From: Tubiluchus corallicola
Lineage: Eukaryota; Animalia; Priapulida
Direction: 5' to 3'
NCBI GenBank assembly: GCA_030141605.1
Contig: JAQGDQ010000024.1
Coordinates: 372,001 to 436,000 of the forward strand
Length of the DNA: 64,000 nucleotides
Shown here: positions 30,001 through 42,941 of the stretch, in pieces
Position numbering within the stretch: position 1 is the first letter of the stretch
How the letters are laid out: each line of letters starts with the position of its first letter
Notes under the pieces: model-generated
The model's database searches: none
What the model was told of the DNA's origin: nothing
Seen by the model: only the letters and a program-made list of their open reading frames with translations
Program-made: the position numbers and the translations under genes

Positions 30001-30494
30001 AAGAGGAAATGGGAGAGGTGCTTCACAAGGTTGACTTCCAACAACTGCAAATAGAAAATAGTCAGTACTTATTGAAGATTGACCGTCTGAACCAAGAGCT
30101 ACTCGAAATGAAATTGATAGCCGGAAATACAATGCAGATGTTGAGCAATTACAAGGTAGTATATAAAGAATTAAGCAGACTTTGTCAAAAAAATTTATAC
30201 CGCTAATACTTTACCGTCATTTATCCAGCACTTGTTATAAGGTTTGAAGTAGTTCTGACTCGAGTGGAACTCAAGTTCTGACTCAAATAATGATGTCATC
30301 ATAGCTACATTTCTAAGATACCAGTTTTGCTTGAAAACTTTTTGTGCATGTTTATACTTCTAACTTTTTGTCATAGAAAAAGATGCATGGTCTAACAAAG
30401 ACAGCTGAGCAAATAAATACCGAAATGCAGCACCGAAAGCAACTTCTTAACAGAATACTTGGCGAGGCCAAGGAGGCTGAAAAGGTCTGTTCTT

Positions 30495-30528
<34 letters not shown>

Positions 30529-32718
30529 TGTATGTATGTATGTATGTATGTATGTATGTATGTATGTATGTATGTATGTATGTATGTATGTATGTATGTA
30601 TGTATGTATGTATGTATGTATGTATGTACGTACGTATGTATTACGTATTTATGAATGGCTGTATAACTTATTCAAATTAGTTGCATATATGTCTTAGCAC
30701 AAGGTTAAAGAACAGATTGGTTTAGTGGTATTAGTGTATCTCAAAAGTCTCTGGTTTATCATTTATCGTCCATTTCCAATTATTTTCACTTCTTGCAAGC
30801 TTCTGCATCATCACATTTATATATTATTAACAATACTGCAACAAACACACCGATGCAACATTTCTAGAAATCCTTAAGAGACTTGGAAATCCTGTAAAAA
30901 CAAAATGTAATGCAATAAAATAAGACAACTTTATTGCAGCTGTAATGCAGGTAGTTATTATTTTCAAACAAAAGGTAAAATTTGTATAAAGCACTTCACG
31001 TTTTACACTAACCTACATTTATATGTTAATAAATTTAATTTTCAAGCTTATGAGTGTATTTACATTGCTTTATCATCAGATATAGCTATAGTATTTAAAA
31101 AAAATTTTGTTGCAAAATTTTTTAGGAAAAGGAAAGTACATTGCAACTGAATGTAAAACTAAAGACTCGGCTATCTGACTATAAGGTACCTGATGTCATG
31201 GACTATGTACATGACACTGCCGAATTGCGAGATTTGAAGAAAGCTGTCAAGACCTGGGAAAGAAAAGTTGAAATTTGTCAGGTTAGTTTGAGTTTTGTAA
31301 TCTGCATAAGAAATATTACCTGATTACCTGTACAATAAGCCGTTTTTCCAATGATCCTGAGTGTTAGCAGTACAAATGTCGTTCGTTTAAAGATGACCTA
31401 CTTTAATTACCTTACCCCGTGTCACATTTTGTTAAGCTCGGACTCCATGTGCACGTAATGAGTAATGCTTGCTCTATTATCCATAATGAGTGATGGTTAT
31501 TGATAGTTTCCATATGACCGTGAATGCTATGTGTATTAACAAAGCTCATGGCACTCTTTCTGCCATTTTGGTTGTTGTACGTGAAAATTGGAAGTAATCA
31601 TTTTTGCTTCCACCTGGCCTGGTAACACGTCATTATATCACCATCCCATGCAGTGTGTACCACTGGGTCACCACAAAACAGATTATTGATATTATTGACA
31701 CATAATGTAATTTATATTTTGATTAGTTAGCAAAGGGTGTGCTACGGAAAGGTTATTTTTTTAAACTTTACACAATGCTATTTAAATTTGTTTTCATACG
31801 ACTTATCATTAGAATGCTGTACCTACTGGTCATTGTGGGAGTTTCAATTCACAAGTTTTATACAGTGTTACTACTGATGCAAGCTCTGTATGCAATACAA
31901 CAGTACCTGATACAAAATTTTAATACGGCCTTTTTAGCCTTCATTTACAAAGAGTGTGTTCTTGTACTTCAAATAATTATCAAGATTATTATTATTAATG
32001 ATAGTACAAACCCCACAATTATATAAATTTTGATCAAACTCATAAAAAGGGAAGCATGAAAAAGTTGCAACACAGCTTGGATTGAACCAACGATGTTCTC
32101 AATCTGCTTATGAAATGACACCAGGTGCAAGAGTATCATATTCCCCAGGGATCATGGCAGCCAATAGTTGGCAAGCCAGTTTCAGCATTTCCTATGTTAG
32201 ATCATCACACTTAAGCTAATTAGATTGAATACATGAAAGAGCCAGCCTCTAGGAATCAACATCAGCATAAATGATAATTTCGACAGCAACTCTCTTTTTC
32301 AGTGCTAGAACCAAGGACAAAACATATTATTATAATCAGTACAATTCGTATTACTGTCATGAATTGTACTGATTATAATATTATGTTTTGACTGGATTTT
32401 GGCATTGAAAATGACAGCTGCTGTCGAAACTATCCTATGCACTAATAGACACCGTATTAATTAGATTAATTTTCATTTAATGAATTTTTAACCTGAATTT
32501 CCCATTGGTAATTAATTAATTATATGTTTATTATTTATGTAACTAAAGAAAATATGTATTTTGTGTCATTTTAGATGGCTTTAAAGGGAGCATATCCTAC
32601 ACAATATTTGGAAGAAAACAGTGCAATTTCTTTAGATCAGGTTGGAAAGGAACAATCTTCATATCATGGAACAAACTCTCTTGCTGAATTGTCGCCGAAG
32701 TCACCTAAGAAGATTTAA
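24094..32718 (+). CDS. CCDC113: Coiled-coil domain-containing protein 113 (CFAP263), ciliary
   Basis: 9 exons: 24094-24215, 26189-26414, 28244-28366, 29097-29252, 29377-29457, 30000-30155, 30377-30484, 31126-31281, 32575-32718, phases consistent. Motifs EKLRLKN, QLKQKEEMGEVLHKVDFQQLQIENSQYL, GNTMQMLSNYK, KVPDVMDYV, WERKVEI. Confidence 0.92.
25540..25963 (+). mobile_element. 3' fragment of a REL-endonuclease non-LTR retrotransposon (HERO/NeSL/R4-like), pseudogenised
   Basis: IPDLMI...IIAELTILFD...IKKARNR..KYATLV..*...FVPFEIGS matches the PD-(D/E)xK restriction-like endonuclease pattern; in-frame stop at 25724. Confidence 0.75.
30498..30640. repeat. (TATG)n microsatellite
   Basis: More than 30 TATG units just after CCDC113 exon 7. 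Confidence 0.98.
32273..32434. repeat. Imperfect long hairpin, probable inverted Penelope-like LTR ends
   Basis: About 75-bp arms around a 13-nt loop (32348-32360); each arm ends in a (C/T)TGAAAA-stem-GAAA motif. Confidence 0.7.
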
Positions 32719-34713
32719 TAACAATATGGCTTAGGTGCAGTTTGTGAAACATTTTGGTGCACGTACACTGCAGAAATATAAAATATCAGCAGATCTAACA
32801 AACATGCAAATATAATGCAGGTTAGCACATAGATATATCACAAGACGTGTACATACCATATTGTACATACCGTCTTGTAGTAGTGACTAATAAATAAATC
32901 CCGATTCCTCGATTTTTCATTGAATTAATTCATATGATTGCCAATTATATACGTGTTTTATTAACTGCTATTTGTTGAACTAAAATTTAGTTTGCACTAA
33001 ATCTTAAAAAAAGATATCGTAATTATAGTTTTGTAAGTAATTACAAGTTAGTCTGTGCTTGTGAAAAGTGCTATGACAACTTTAATGACAAAAATTAATT
33101 GACAAACATGTAGTATTTATTATGAGTCAATATTGCAACATTTATGTGAGGTCTAAAAAGACCATGATCATTGCTCTAACAGAACCATCTAGACACAGAG
33201 AGTGCAACAAATCATAATTCTCCCCTTCAGAATATCAATCGAGAAGATATAGAGTGGCTGTCAAAGTAAGAGACTGATCTGTAACTTTCATTCTTATGTA
33301 GTATTAGATTGCTCATAAGAATGTTTAGCTGACTATCAAGTCAAAATGTAGAGTCTGAAACAGAGAAATTAGTTTCTCATCATTTTCAAGTTTCAGAGAG
33401 AAACAGTAAAATTAGGATTTCACATGATTCGTTTAAAGAATAATTTTACCACAATTTTGTAATGTTCAAGCCAAAGTTGCTTACACAGTACAATATCAAT
33501 GACCTTTTTTTGTAAATGCCAGATATCATTGCGATAACAAAACTTCCAAATTCCAAATTAATGAAGATTAGTTAAGAAACAAAGCTTAATTCAAGGTTAT
33601 ACTATATAAAAATATTGTTTTGAGGCAATCCATTTTTGTTAAAAAAGTACATTTTAGTTGCTTATTATTGATTATAAATTATAATTGGAAGAGCATATAA
33701 TGGTACAGACGATTGTTTTTATTCAACAGCCATTATGAATGGTAAAAAAATAAAGTCAAACTGCAGGATTACAAGACATTTGGAAGAAACCTACCTTGAG
33801 TTGTCTCAAATGAAATTTAATTAATAGCGCACTTAGTATTACATATGCTATAACTAATATTACTTAATATTGAATTTGTGTAACTTGCAAACAATAAACA
33901 TCATCATTAACAGGAGACGTACGTCTTGTAGCAGTGATAAATCAATAAATTTAATTTTCACAAACCAGCTGAGTGTTCACCATAATAATTATAGAGTTGC
34001 GCGTGTAATTCGTTGTTCTTAAATGATACGTCTCAATTAATATTTCTGCTAAACAATTTATAAAATACCTGAAATATGCCAATCTGATCTCAAGCACGTT
34101 AAAAAAACTTCAATAATTCAATGCTTTCTCAAATATTACAACAGTTGGGCAGTTAAAAATAATTCAAACACATCTAACCATCATTATAAAATGAATCCAT
34201 CACTTTGCTTTTGTCACCGTAATCCATATCGTATTTATAATCAGTGTATGCTATGTCAGACAGGAAAATAAAGGTACCCTTCAGCCTAGTGAGAAAGTAC
34301 ACCATTACTGTTGAACCGCAAGTTAACGTCACCATTTATATCAAGAATTCTCTGACAGCTACATGCTGCCTGTGCTTCTATCCGAAATTATGGCCATCAT
34401 TTTCAAAACAAAACTGAATAAATTCTGGTCAAAATCACCGAGCGTAATGCCATGACCATTGTTTACAACTGACTGTGTCTGATCGTGTGTGGTTAACTTA
34501 TGTCAGCACTGTATTTGTAGATTTTTATTCTCAAGTGTGACTAACCAGTCTGCGTGATGTTCATGACTAATTATCAGTTGACTGTTCCTGATTGTTTACT
34601 CATGTGTCTGAGCAGTTTGTCCTAATTTTTACATTTTGACTCCTATCTCAGTTTCGACTCCTACAATGGGCTCTTAAACAAAAATTCAGACGTGACAGTG
34701 TTTATCACATAAA

Positions 34714-34765
34714 ATAACAACAACCACAACAATAATAACAATAATAATAATAATAATAATAACAG
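34714..34765. repeat. (AAC)/(AAT)n microsatellite
   Basis: Visible trinucleotide run. Confidence 0.85.
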
Positions 34766-34859
34766 TATTATGCTGTACTACGTTTTATAGTTAATAAAAC
34801 ACTGGAATGTTTAACCTAATTGACCTTACACACTGTGCGAGTATTCATTATTCAATGCC

Positions 34860-34999
34860 AATTACTGGGGTAATTGTAACCTTAATAGACGGAGGCGCAG
34901 CAGCAAGACTGAAATATCTAACATGGTACCACTGAAAGATTTCTCGCGCTAATTACGCGCGGCGCCTCGTGCGTGTGGCTGGAGTGCTAATTCATACCG
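34860..34999 (+). promoter_or_regulatory. CpG-rich promoter and non-coding first exon of ZNF800-like gene
   Basis: CpG cluster (CGCGCGGCGCC) ending in donor CCG|GTAAGT at 34999/35000; the coding exon has an acceptor at 36587 just before its ATG. Confidence 0.6.
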
Positions 35000-36592
35000 G
35001 TAAGTTTTGGTTATTAATTAGGCTATGGTGGCAGTGTCGACTTTCCAAATTTCTTTGAAAACTTTGAACTTTCCAAAGTTTTGAAAAACAAAAGCTATCA
35101 CATAAAGCATCTCCTGTCACATAAGCAGAATCTTACCACAGTCAAAAGCGTCCTCTAGTTATTTTTACGACAGCGTTTAATTACCGTCATTTATTGGGTG
35201 TTCTGAATTTACAAAACAAAACAACAGTTTTGGTTATTTGAACCTCGAACACCCCCTATAAACGATTAAATCTGCTTTTTATTTAAACTGGTATAAAGAA
35301 ATTAATGCTATAATTGTAGCTAAAGCGTGAAGATGAAATGTTTAATAATTTTAAGAACTTCTCGTTTTTTCAATGTTCACATCAATTTCGCAAGTCGCTG
35401 AGGAGAGACCGTCAAAAACTGTGTTATGGTTAGGTCTGTTAGACTTTGCAAGCGAGTTTCAGCTTTCACAAACATTGTAACAGTCTTGGTTGCATCATGA
35501 TGCATTATTAAATCATAAGTGAATATAATGAAAGTGTCTTGTTGTTTGATTTTGTGCGTTATACTGATCAACAGAACGTTTATCATAAACATTTTTATAA
35601 GTATAACTAAGTAAGCATATTACTATTAGTGCTTCTTTAAGGCAAAAACAATAGTTATGTTTTACCTATTTAAAACGTACATAAGACTATGTTTTTGTGA
35701 AGACGGAAAATATGAATATTTCATTAAAGGATACGAAAAATTAAAATAAACCTTGTGTTCTGGATTCGTCTTTCATGAATGACAGGATTTAGTTTGCCAG
35801 AAAAGGGCCTGCTTGTAGTGTGACTGTCATCCAAAATGGCTTCCTAAACTTTTTTTATCTCGTAAAAGCTGAAGCTGCACTACGATGGCAAGAAAGGGCC
35901 AGCTTTGTAATTTGATATTTTATATAATGACATCTAAACTAAGTTGCAGTTGTCATATAAAAAGTACAGATTTTGTTAGTCAATATAATATCAGATCTGT
36001 TTGTTTTTCTTTGAATAATTACTAATCACGTCAAAATTTGAGAATGTACGTATTTAAAATAAATATATGAGTGCATTTTTTTTCACAGATATACTACTGC
36101 GGCTGCATTAATAAAACAAATAACTGTTTGTATGACAAAAGAGGGATTAAAAACTTATAATTTTATGCTGTATTACGTTAATTGTTGTTTGTTACACAAG
36201 AAAGAATTAATTGAGCAGTTAAATTTTAATATGAATTTTGCAAAGAATCCTCGCAAAAATGGAATATGCAGTGCTTGCACCAAGCGACAAATTTACTCAT
36301 GAGGATGATGTGTGCCTTCTAGCTAGACATCTCATAAGGAATTCCAAGAGTAAAATTCCTCCTGAGGCGTATGTGTGTAATGTGCCATAGAAAACAATGT
36401 GTTCCATTTTTGTGAGGAATGCAATTTGTGTGTGTGCGCAAGCAATTTTTTTGAGGAATTTTGCCACACATCCACAACATTGTAAGACAGTGAATTTCAG
36501 AAATTTTGTAGCTGTTATTTCAGTTTACGCTAGAAAAAGTAATATCCATAATTTTTTCATCACCTTGTTTCTTGTTTTATGGAACAGTGGCA

Positions 36593-39500
36593 ATGGAACT
36601 GATTCCGTTATCAAAGCAAAGTCTACAGATTGATTCAAAATCTGAGGCTATCAGTTCTGCTGATGGAGAAGCACGTCCGGTGTTTCCTGATAAACTTACT
36701 GGCAAACTTGCTTATGGGACACATTCCTGTCAGCTGGTGAGCAACCAAAATACAACTAAATCTGAGAAGAAAGGCACCCAGAATTTAAACAAATTGAAAC
36801 AGAAAGCACGGTCCAAGAATCTTGAACTAATTCTTAAGCGTCTTGCACAACAATCTGAGAAATCAGTACCTACATCATCAGGACCAGAGTTGGATTTGGC
36901 AAAAGGTTTTTCTTTTTGCAAATCGAAAGAAAATGCTGTTCAGAACAATTCTTTTTATGAGCAGAAACATACTTCACTAACTGATTTTGAATCACGTGGA
37001 ACAGTCGATTATAGCCAGCTAAGAAAGCCTGTTCTTGTAGGTAAGTTTATGTCATATTTATGTTTATACATTGTTGATAGCAAAATTATGTGTCGTTGTT
37101 AAGGAAGTTATATATTGCACCATGTATCAAGTAGTACATTTTTTGTTTGTAATTACTTGTTTAAACAGGTGTGGAGTATATGCAAAACAAGGTTTAAGGG
37201 ATTTTGGTATGATTATCAGATGAAATAAAGACCTGTAGAAATGTTAAAATTTTAATGTTTGTTTAAACAGAGGTTTTTTAATATATGATATTCTTGTGAT
37301 CTTGAGGTGAGTGTTACAGCTTGGCTACTTAAGTGCATTATCTTATGACATCTCTAAGACAGTGTCATTAACCCATATTTAAGTAGCTGTCTTAGGGTGC
37401 ACTTAAATCCATCTCGCTAGTTGTAATTCGGCTGTTAGCTGGAATTCATAAAACTGTTGTAGGGTTCACTTAAGTCCGCTATGCAGGACTTTTTAAGTAC
37501 GCTATGAGTATGCCAAGTCTGGTTAAAAATTGATTACTCAAGCATTGCTGGCTTGTGTACATTTACTGTGTAATAGTTACTTTTATACATTCTGCTGCCT
37601 GAAGCTCTATTTCATACATGATCTGTTCTCTGTTCACTCATCCAGGCGGTTTCTTGCTTTGCAAGGTCCCGGACATGTTGCCTGCTGTTTATCAGCTCTT
37701 TGCTTTCTTAATTCTTCAATTCCATTCCTCAGCACTTTGCTCCCTCAGCTTATCATTCCTTAGGTCTTTGGTTCCTCAGCTCACCAATTAATTTATCGGT
37801 CTTTTGTACATCCTTGATAGGTGAAAGGACAATTAGTTGGGAAGTCATTGGTCTATGACAGTAAATATTGAGAAAACAAATGAGCTAATTACTAAGTGCA
37901 CGCTCATCATTTGTCCTTGAGATTGATGTCAAAGTTTCATCTTTCTTAAACCACACATCTCTAAAGAACATTTCTCTTCACACAAAATGTCATATAGGTT
38001 TCTCTAGCCAAAAAATGTATGACTAATCCAACTGCTTTGCCATTACAAAAGGCATTCTTTACCAGGTCCACGAAATTTTACCAACTCAGTTTAAACAGAA
38101 ACAAAAATGTCTGAAAAACCTTAAAGGGTGGAAATTGTTTTCCAGTGCTTTGGACTCTTTAGATCAGCATGTTTAGTCAGCTGACAAATCCAAAAAAGTT
38201 TCAAGAGTGGTGCTGGTAAAAAGCTAACTTACACGAATGTTCAACATTTACACTACTTTTGTAGTCCGAAAAAAGAATGTGTGCTGTGCAAATTATCTTC
38301 TTTGAGACATTACTATAACAGAATGAGAAATAATGTTTAGCAGTAGCAACCAACCTGTAGTAATCAATTTGAGTGATATGCGCAATCTATTTGTGTAATT
38401 TATACTGTGCGACTTCACCCATAACCATTTTTCTCAACAAGCTGTTTTTTCTAGGTTCACCTGCTTTGGAGCAAATTGTTAATGGTGTACTACATGGTAC
38501 ACCCGAAGTGCGCAACTTCCTTCAGTATGAGTGCTCTATCATCTACGAGTGTTGTGTATGTAGCAGCTTATTTAGAGGCTTGCCAAACTTTATCACGCAC
38601 AAGCAAGTGTTTTGTGTCGACAGCTACAGGAGCAGCTTGGTGAAATTTCTGGAGCATACCAGTGAAAGCTACACGGACTTTGTTGAACCGAGAGCTCCTG
38701 AGGAAGCAGAAGCGGAGCCTGATCCATGGAGTGAGGTTTGTTTTTAATCAATGACTATGTAATTCGTAAGATATTATAAAAAACAGTTTATTATTGTTAG
38801 ATGCTTGGTCATTTTGTTATTGTAGTCATCTATTATTATTTATTTTATACTCATTGTACAACACGTAATACAAATTTACAAGACATACAAGTAATATGAA
38901 TGACAAAAAAAATCAGACACTTAGCAAAACAAGGACAAAAAATAATTACAGAAGAAAATTAGCAAGTGAATATATGTGAAGACCGTTACCTGATTATTCA
39001 ACCCAGGTTAATCAAGAATAAATGTACTAAATGACTAGCATTAAATAGCAGTTCTTTGGCAATTGATATTGAGAGAGCGGATATTGATTCTTAATTATAT
39101 TACATGCCCTTCTGTAGAATTTAAAACAACACTGCATATTGCTGGTATAGCATAAGCTAAAACCTCGAGGTAAAACCAAAAGCCTTATTGCAATGCAGGA
39201 TAAATTAGATTGTTATTGCTAATTGGTATGTTTTTCAAATCTATTAGAACGTTTTTTATCGAATGTAGTTACCATAATGTGACATGGTAGTTTATTGGCA
39301 GTTTATTGTATTGTTCTGTAGGACTGTAGGAAAGTTTGGTACAAGTAAATTTGGTACCGGCAAATATAGTACAGGTAAATTGCTTACCATTAATGTTTGG
39401 TACTGTCAAAATTTGGTACAAGGAATTTTTGTACATGGAAATGTTGGTACAGGTAAATTTGTTACTATGATCTTATCTTTAGGTACAAGGAATTTTTGGT

Positions 39501-42500
39501 AGTAAGAAAATATGGTACCAGAAAAATTTCGTACTAGGAAAGTTTGGTACTGGAAAATTTTGTACTCAACAGAAAAGAAAGCATTTTTATATCTCATTAA
39601 AAACTAATTGCAACAGGGCCAGCAATAAAAGAATAAATGTAACAACGACGACAGCAGTGATGACGATGATGATGACCACAACAAAGGAGCAAGGAAGACA
39701 AACAACAGCAATGACAAATAACAAACAACAGGCAAACAAACAAACAAAAACCAAATAAAAATAATTGCAACAATATGAACCACTATAATTTGTCGAGTAG
39801 GTTATATAAGAGATATTTTTGTAATACCAAACTCCTTGTACCAAACTTTCTCTGTATCAAATTTTCCTAGTAGCAAACTTCCTAGCGCCAGACCTGCTCT
39901 GTACCATTTTTTGTTGGCCATAACAAACATTTGTAGTATAATCAGCTAGAGCATTATGAACATTTCCTTTATGATATTAACAGAATATCACTGCTGGACT
40001 ACAGCATGCGATTTCTATTTAGGGTTCAAGAATATACTTATTTAATTATTTTAAGTAAAACAGTACTATATATTTTTATGCAAGACAGTTTTAAGCCACT
40101 CACTTTGAATTCTTAGGAATGACTGGACAAGATTAGAAGATAAGTGTATTGTACGTAATTAGCCAAAAAATTGCTGAAATGCAATAATAAATTTGATAAT
40201 GATAAAAAATAAAGGAACTGCTCATAAATGACACCATTTATCCATTTCCAGTTTGCTGTTAAATTCTACATTTTTGCTGTTTTTTAGTGATGTATAGTAA
40301 GTATTCCGCTATACCTTCATTATTGCAGCTACACCAGTAATAAATTGGTTCACTTTGCCCAGGACCATACAAAAGAATTATCATGATTTTGGCACTTAAA
40401 ATTGTATTACTGTTTTAGGGACTATCGAATGCAGCACAGTTGTACAACAGCTTCATGGAAAGGCAAGGGGAGAAATCTTTCAGTAGAGAAGACACACAGG
40501 TTCGGCTAATACCAATTGAAACTAATCCAAATGCTGTTTATCAGATGGTCAGTGATAGCTGTGACAGTAAGAGATTTGTGAGTACAAGTGGTCTACCAAC
40601 TATGGCTCAGGTAAAGATTACCTATATTTTTACTGCTTGAATGGTTTTTATAATAACTGTACAGTGTTCACTCGCTACTTCGTGGATCGTTTATCGCGGA
40701 CTCGCCGTTTCGCGGGTTTTCAAAAACATTAATGTAAAATATTTATCGCTGTATTTTCGCCGTTTTCACGGATTTTTCATACTCCGTCTAAAGTATTTTT
40801 GCACATGCGTAGTACGTATTGTACAGCAATGTATAGATTTGATGAATTTTGCATAAAAAATCACAAAATGCATTAAATATATATTAAAAATATTAATTCT
40901 AACATTAAAAGAATATTATAAATCATAAAAAATTACTATTTACAGTAAATAGCGTATTTATTCGGCGGATGAATACACACCAAAACCAAAATGTAGTACT
41001 TGCGCCCGCTTGAGATGCTACTTGCCGACGTGGAATTGTCGACATGATTGGTACCGTGCAATTTGTTATAAGTGTTATACCATGCAAAATAAGTATAGCG
41101 TCCCTACTTCGCAGAAATTCACTTATCGCGGGTGGGCCTGGAATGGAACACCCGTGATAAGTGAGGGAATACTGTACAATAGAAGTCAGTAGCTCAGTGT
41201 AAGATGGTACTGACTGTACACTTGTATGGTGTAATCAATAATGCATAAAAATTTCCAAACTATCTTTTTTGCAATTTTATTTTTGTGCGAATACATGCCT
41301 TTTGAAACTTTGAGGCGAAATGTAAATTTTCGCTAATTTATCACTTGCACTATGTTCATGAAATCACATAATTTTGCAATGAAATAGGTATGTTTTTAAT
41401 GCCAAACATAGCATTTACTGCTATTCCATTATCCAGTTGGGTCAGTGATGTAAACCAGTGACAAGCATTATGCAACAGTGTCAAATATTGAAATGAAGTT
41501 TCTAAAATGTGTCTGTTGAAAACTAATTAAATGTAGTTCTTAATTATACTGTCATCATTGTGTTTATTTATTGTAGTGTTACAGTCAAGGGGCTGACATC
41601 CAAAACCAAGCAGCCGCACTTACAAACCAGATGCTTGCAAGTACACAGAACTTGAAAAGCAAACCGAGCGAAAATTACAAGAATGCTGCATTACTTAGCA
41701 ATGACAAAATGACAAATGCAGAAAACAATAATTGTAAAGACAACCCTAAGACAAAGTGCACAAATCAGTATGACAGAAAAAGTCTGACATGTCTTTTGTG
41801 CAATACAGTTTATGCATCCTTAAAAACACTTTACACCCACATGAGCAATATGCATCAGACTGAAAGAACATTGTACCAGTGTCCTGTATGTGATATACTT
41901 TTTTTTAAGCAGTGGAGTGTACAAAGGCATTTAATGAATGTGCACAAAAAGACTAAAGCTGAAATGGAATTATTGAGAAAGAACGTAAAAGTTGTGCGTG
42001 CGACAAACGTATTACCTGGCAAGAGAATGTGGACAAGAACTCTGCTAAGAAACAACAGTAGTGGAGATAAACAAAAGACTTCTGTTACGGCCTGCAAACG
42101 GGTGCAAAATGATGTTGAACCACCAGATCGAAAAAAACGTAAGACTGAGGATTGTGCAAAAACCAAGGAAGAAAATAATGCACTTGAAAGTTCGATAATG
42201 AAGAAAAATGGTGCTAAGGGTAAAGATAACACTAGTCAAAATAATAATTTGACGGTCACAGTTCAGAATGATGCTAAAGTTAATGTGACTAAGTCAAATA
42301 GTATAGAAAACACAACAACATATTGTGAATCCCTCAATTTAGATTCTGAACGTGAATTGGATGATGAGGTCGCTTCCATGCTGATTTTGTTTAAATGTAA
42401 ATACTGTGACATACGACTGGCCAATCGCAAAGAATTTTCTGCGCACATTGCATTATGCAGCAAACTAGATCATTCTTCCAAAGAATCTGAAGGTACTGTG

Positions 42501-42941
42501 AAGGTGGACAAAAGTAAACTTAGCAATAAGCCTTGCAGTGCAACAAGTAAATGTAAGAAAATTTCCTTGCAATATAATACTGGTAAACAGAAACAACCAA
42601 ATCTTAAACTAAAGAACAGCAACGATGTTCAAGAAGAAACGGCAGATACTGAAGAAATGCCAAAAAGCTTAGAAGACTGGAATAGAGGACTTGAACTGCT
42701 GTTTGACAAATCTTCGCTAAAATGTTTTAGATGTGAACAAGTGTTTACAAAATTTCACGATGCCAAGCGCCATGTCATTATCCACACAGGCTGGCAACGA
42801 TACAGTTGCAACTTATGCAAACAGAAACGCTTTTACAGACATGATTTAAGAGCCCACATTTTACAGTCACACAAACAAGCAGTTCGAGGAAATGAGACTG
42901 ATGTAGATATATTTGTAACAGACTTGCTGGTGAATAAATAA
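36593..42941 (+). CDS. ZNF800: Zinc finger protein 800-like
   Basis: Exons 36593-37040, 38455-38735, 40419-40610, 41577-42941, phases consistent. Signature GTPEVRNFL..ECSIIYECCVCSSLFRGLPNFITHKQVFC plus five further C2H2/C2HC fingers. Confidence 0.88.
37620..37960 (-). mobile_element. Heavily decayed RTE-like LINE 3' fragment
   Basis: Frameshifted traces resembling W.PR..KRPRGR...RW...L...W.DLA..R..W, the typical RTE ORF C-terminus. Confidence 0.4.
39321..39894. mobile_element. Foldback/Mutator-like non-autonomous element with tandem subterminal repeats
   Basis: Ends GGACTG.../...CAGACC; 9-bp TSD TGTTCTGTA vs TGCTCTGTA; about 15-bp GGAAAATTTGGTACA-like repeats on the left, inverted on the right. 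Confidence 0.75.
40662..41174. mobile_element. Tigger/pogo-like MITE
   Basis: TIRs CAGTGTTCACTCGCTACTTCGTGG / CCGTGATAAGTGAGGGAATACTG, TA TSD. Confidence 0.85.
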
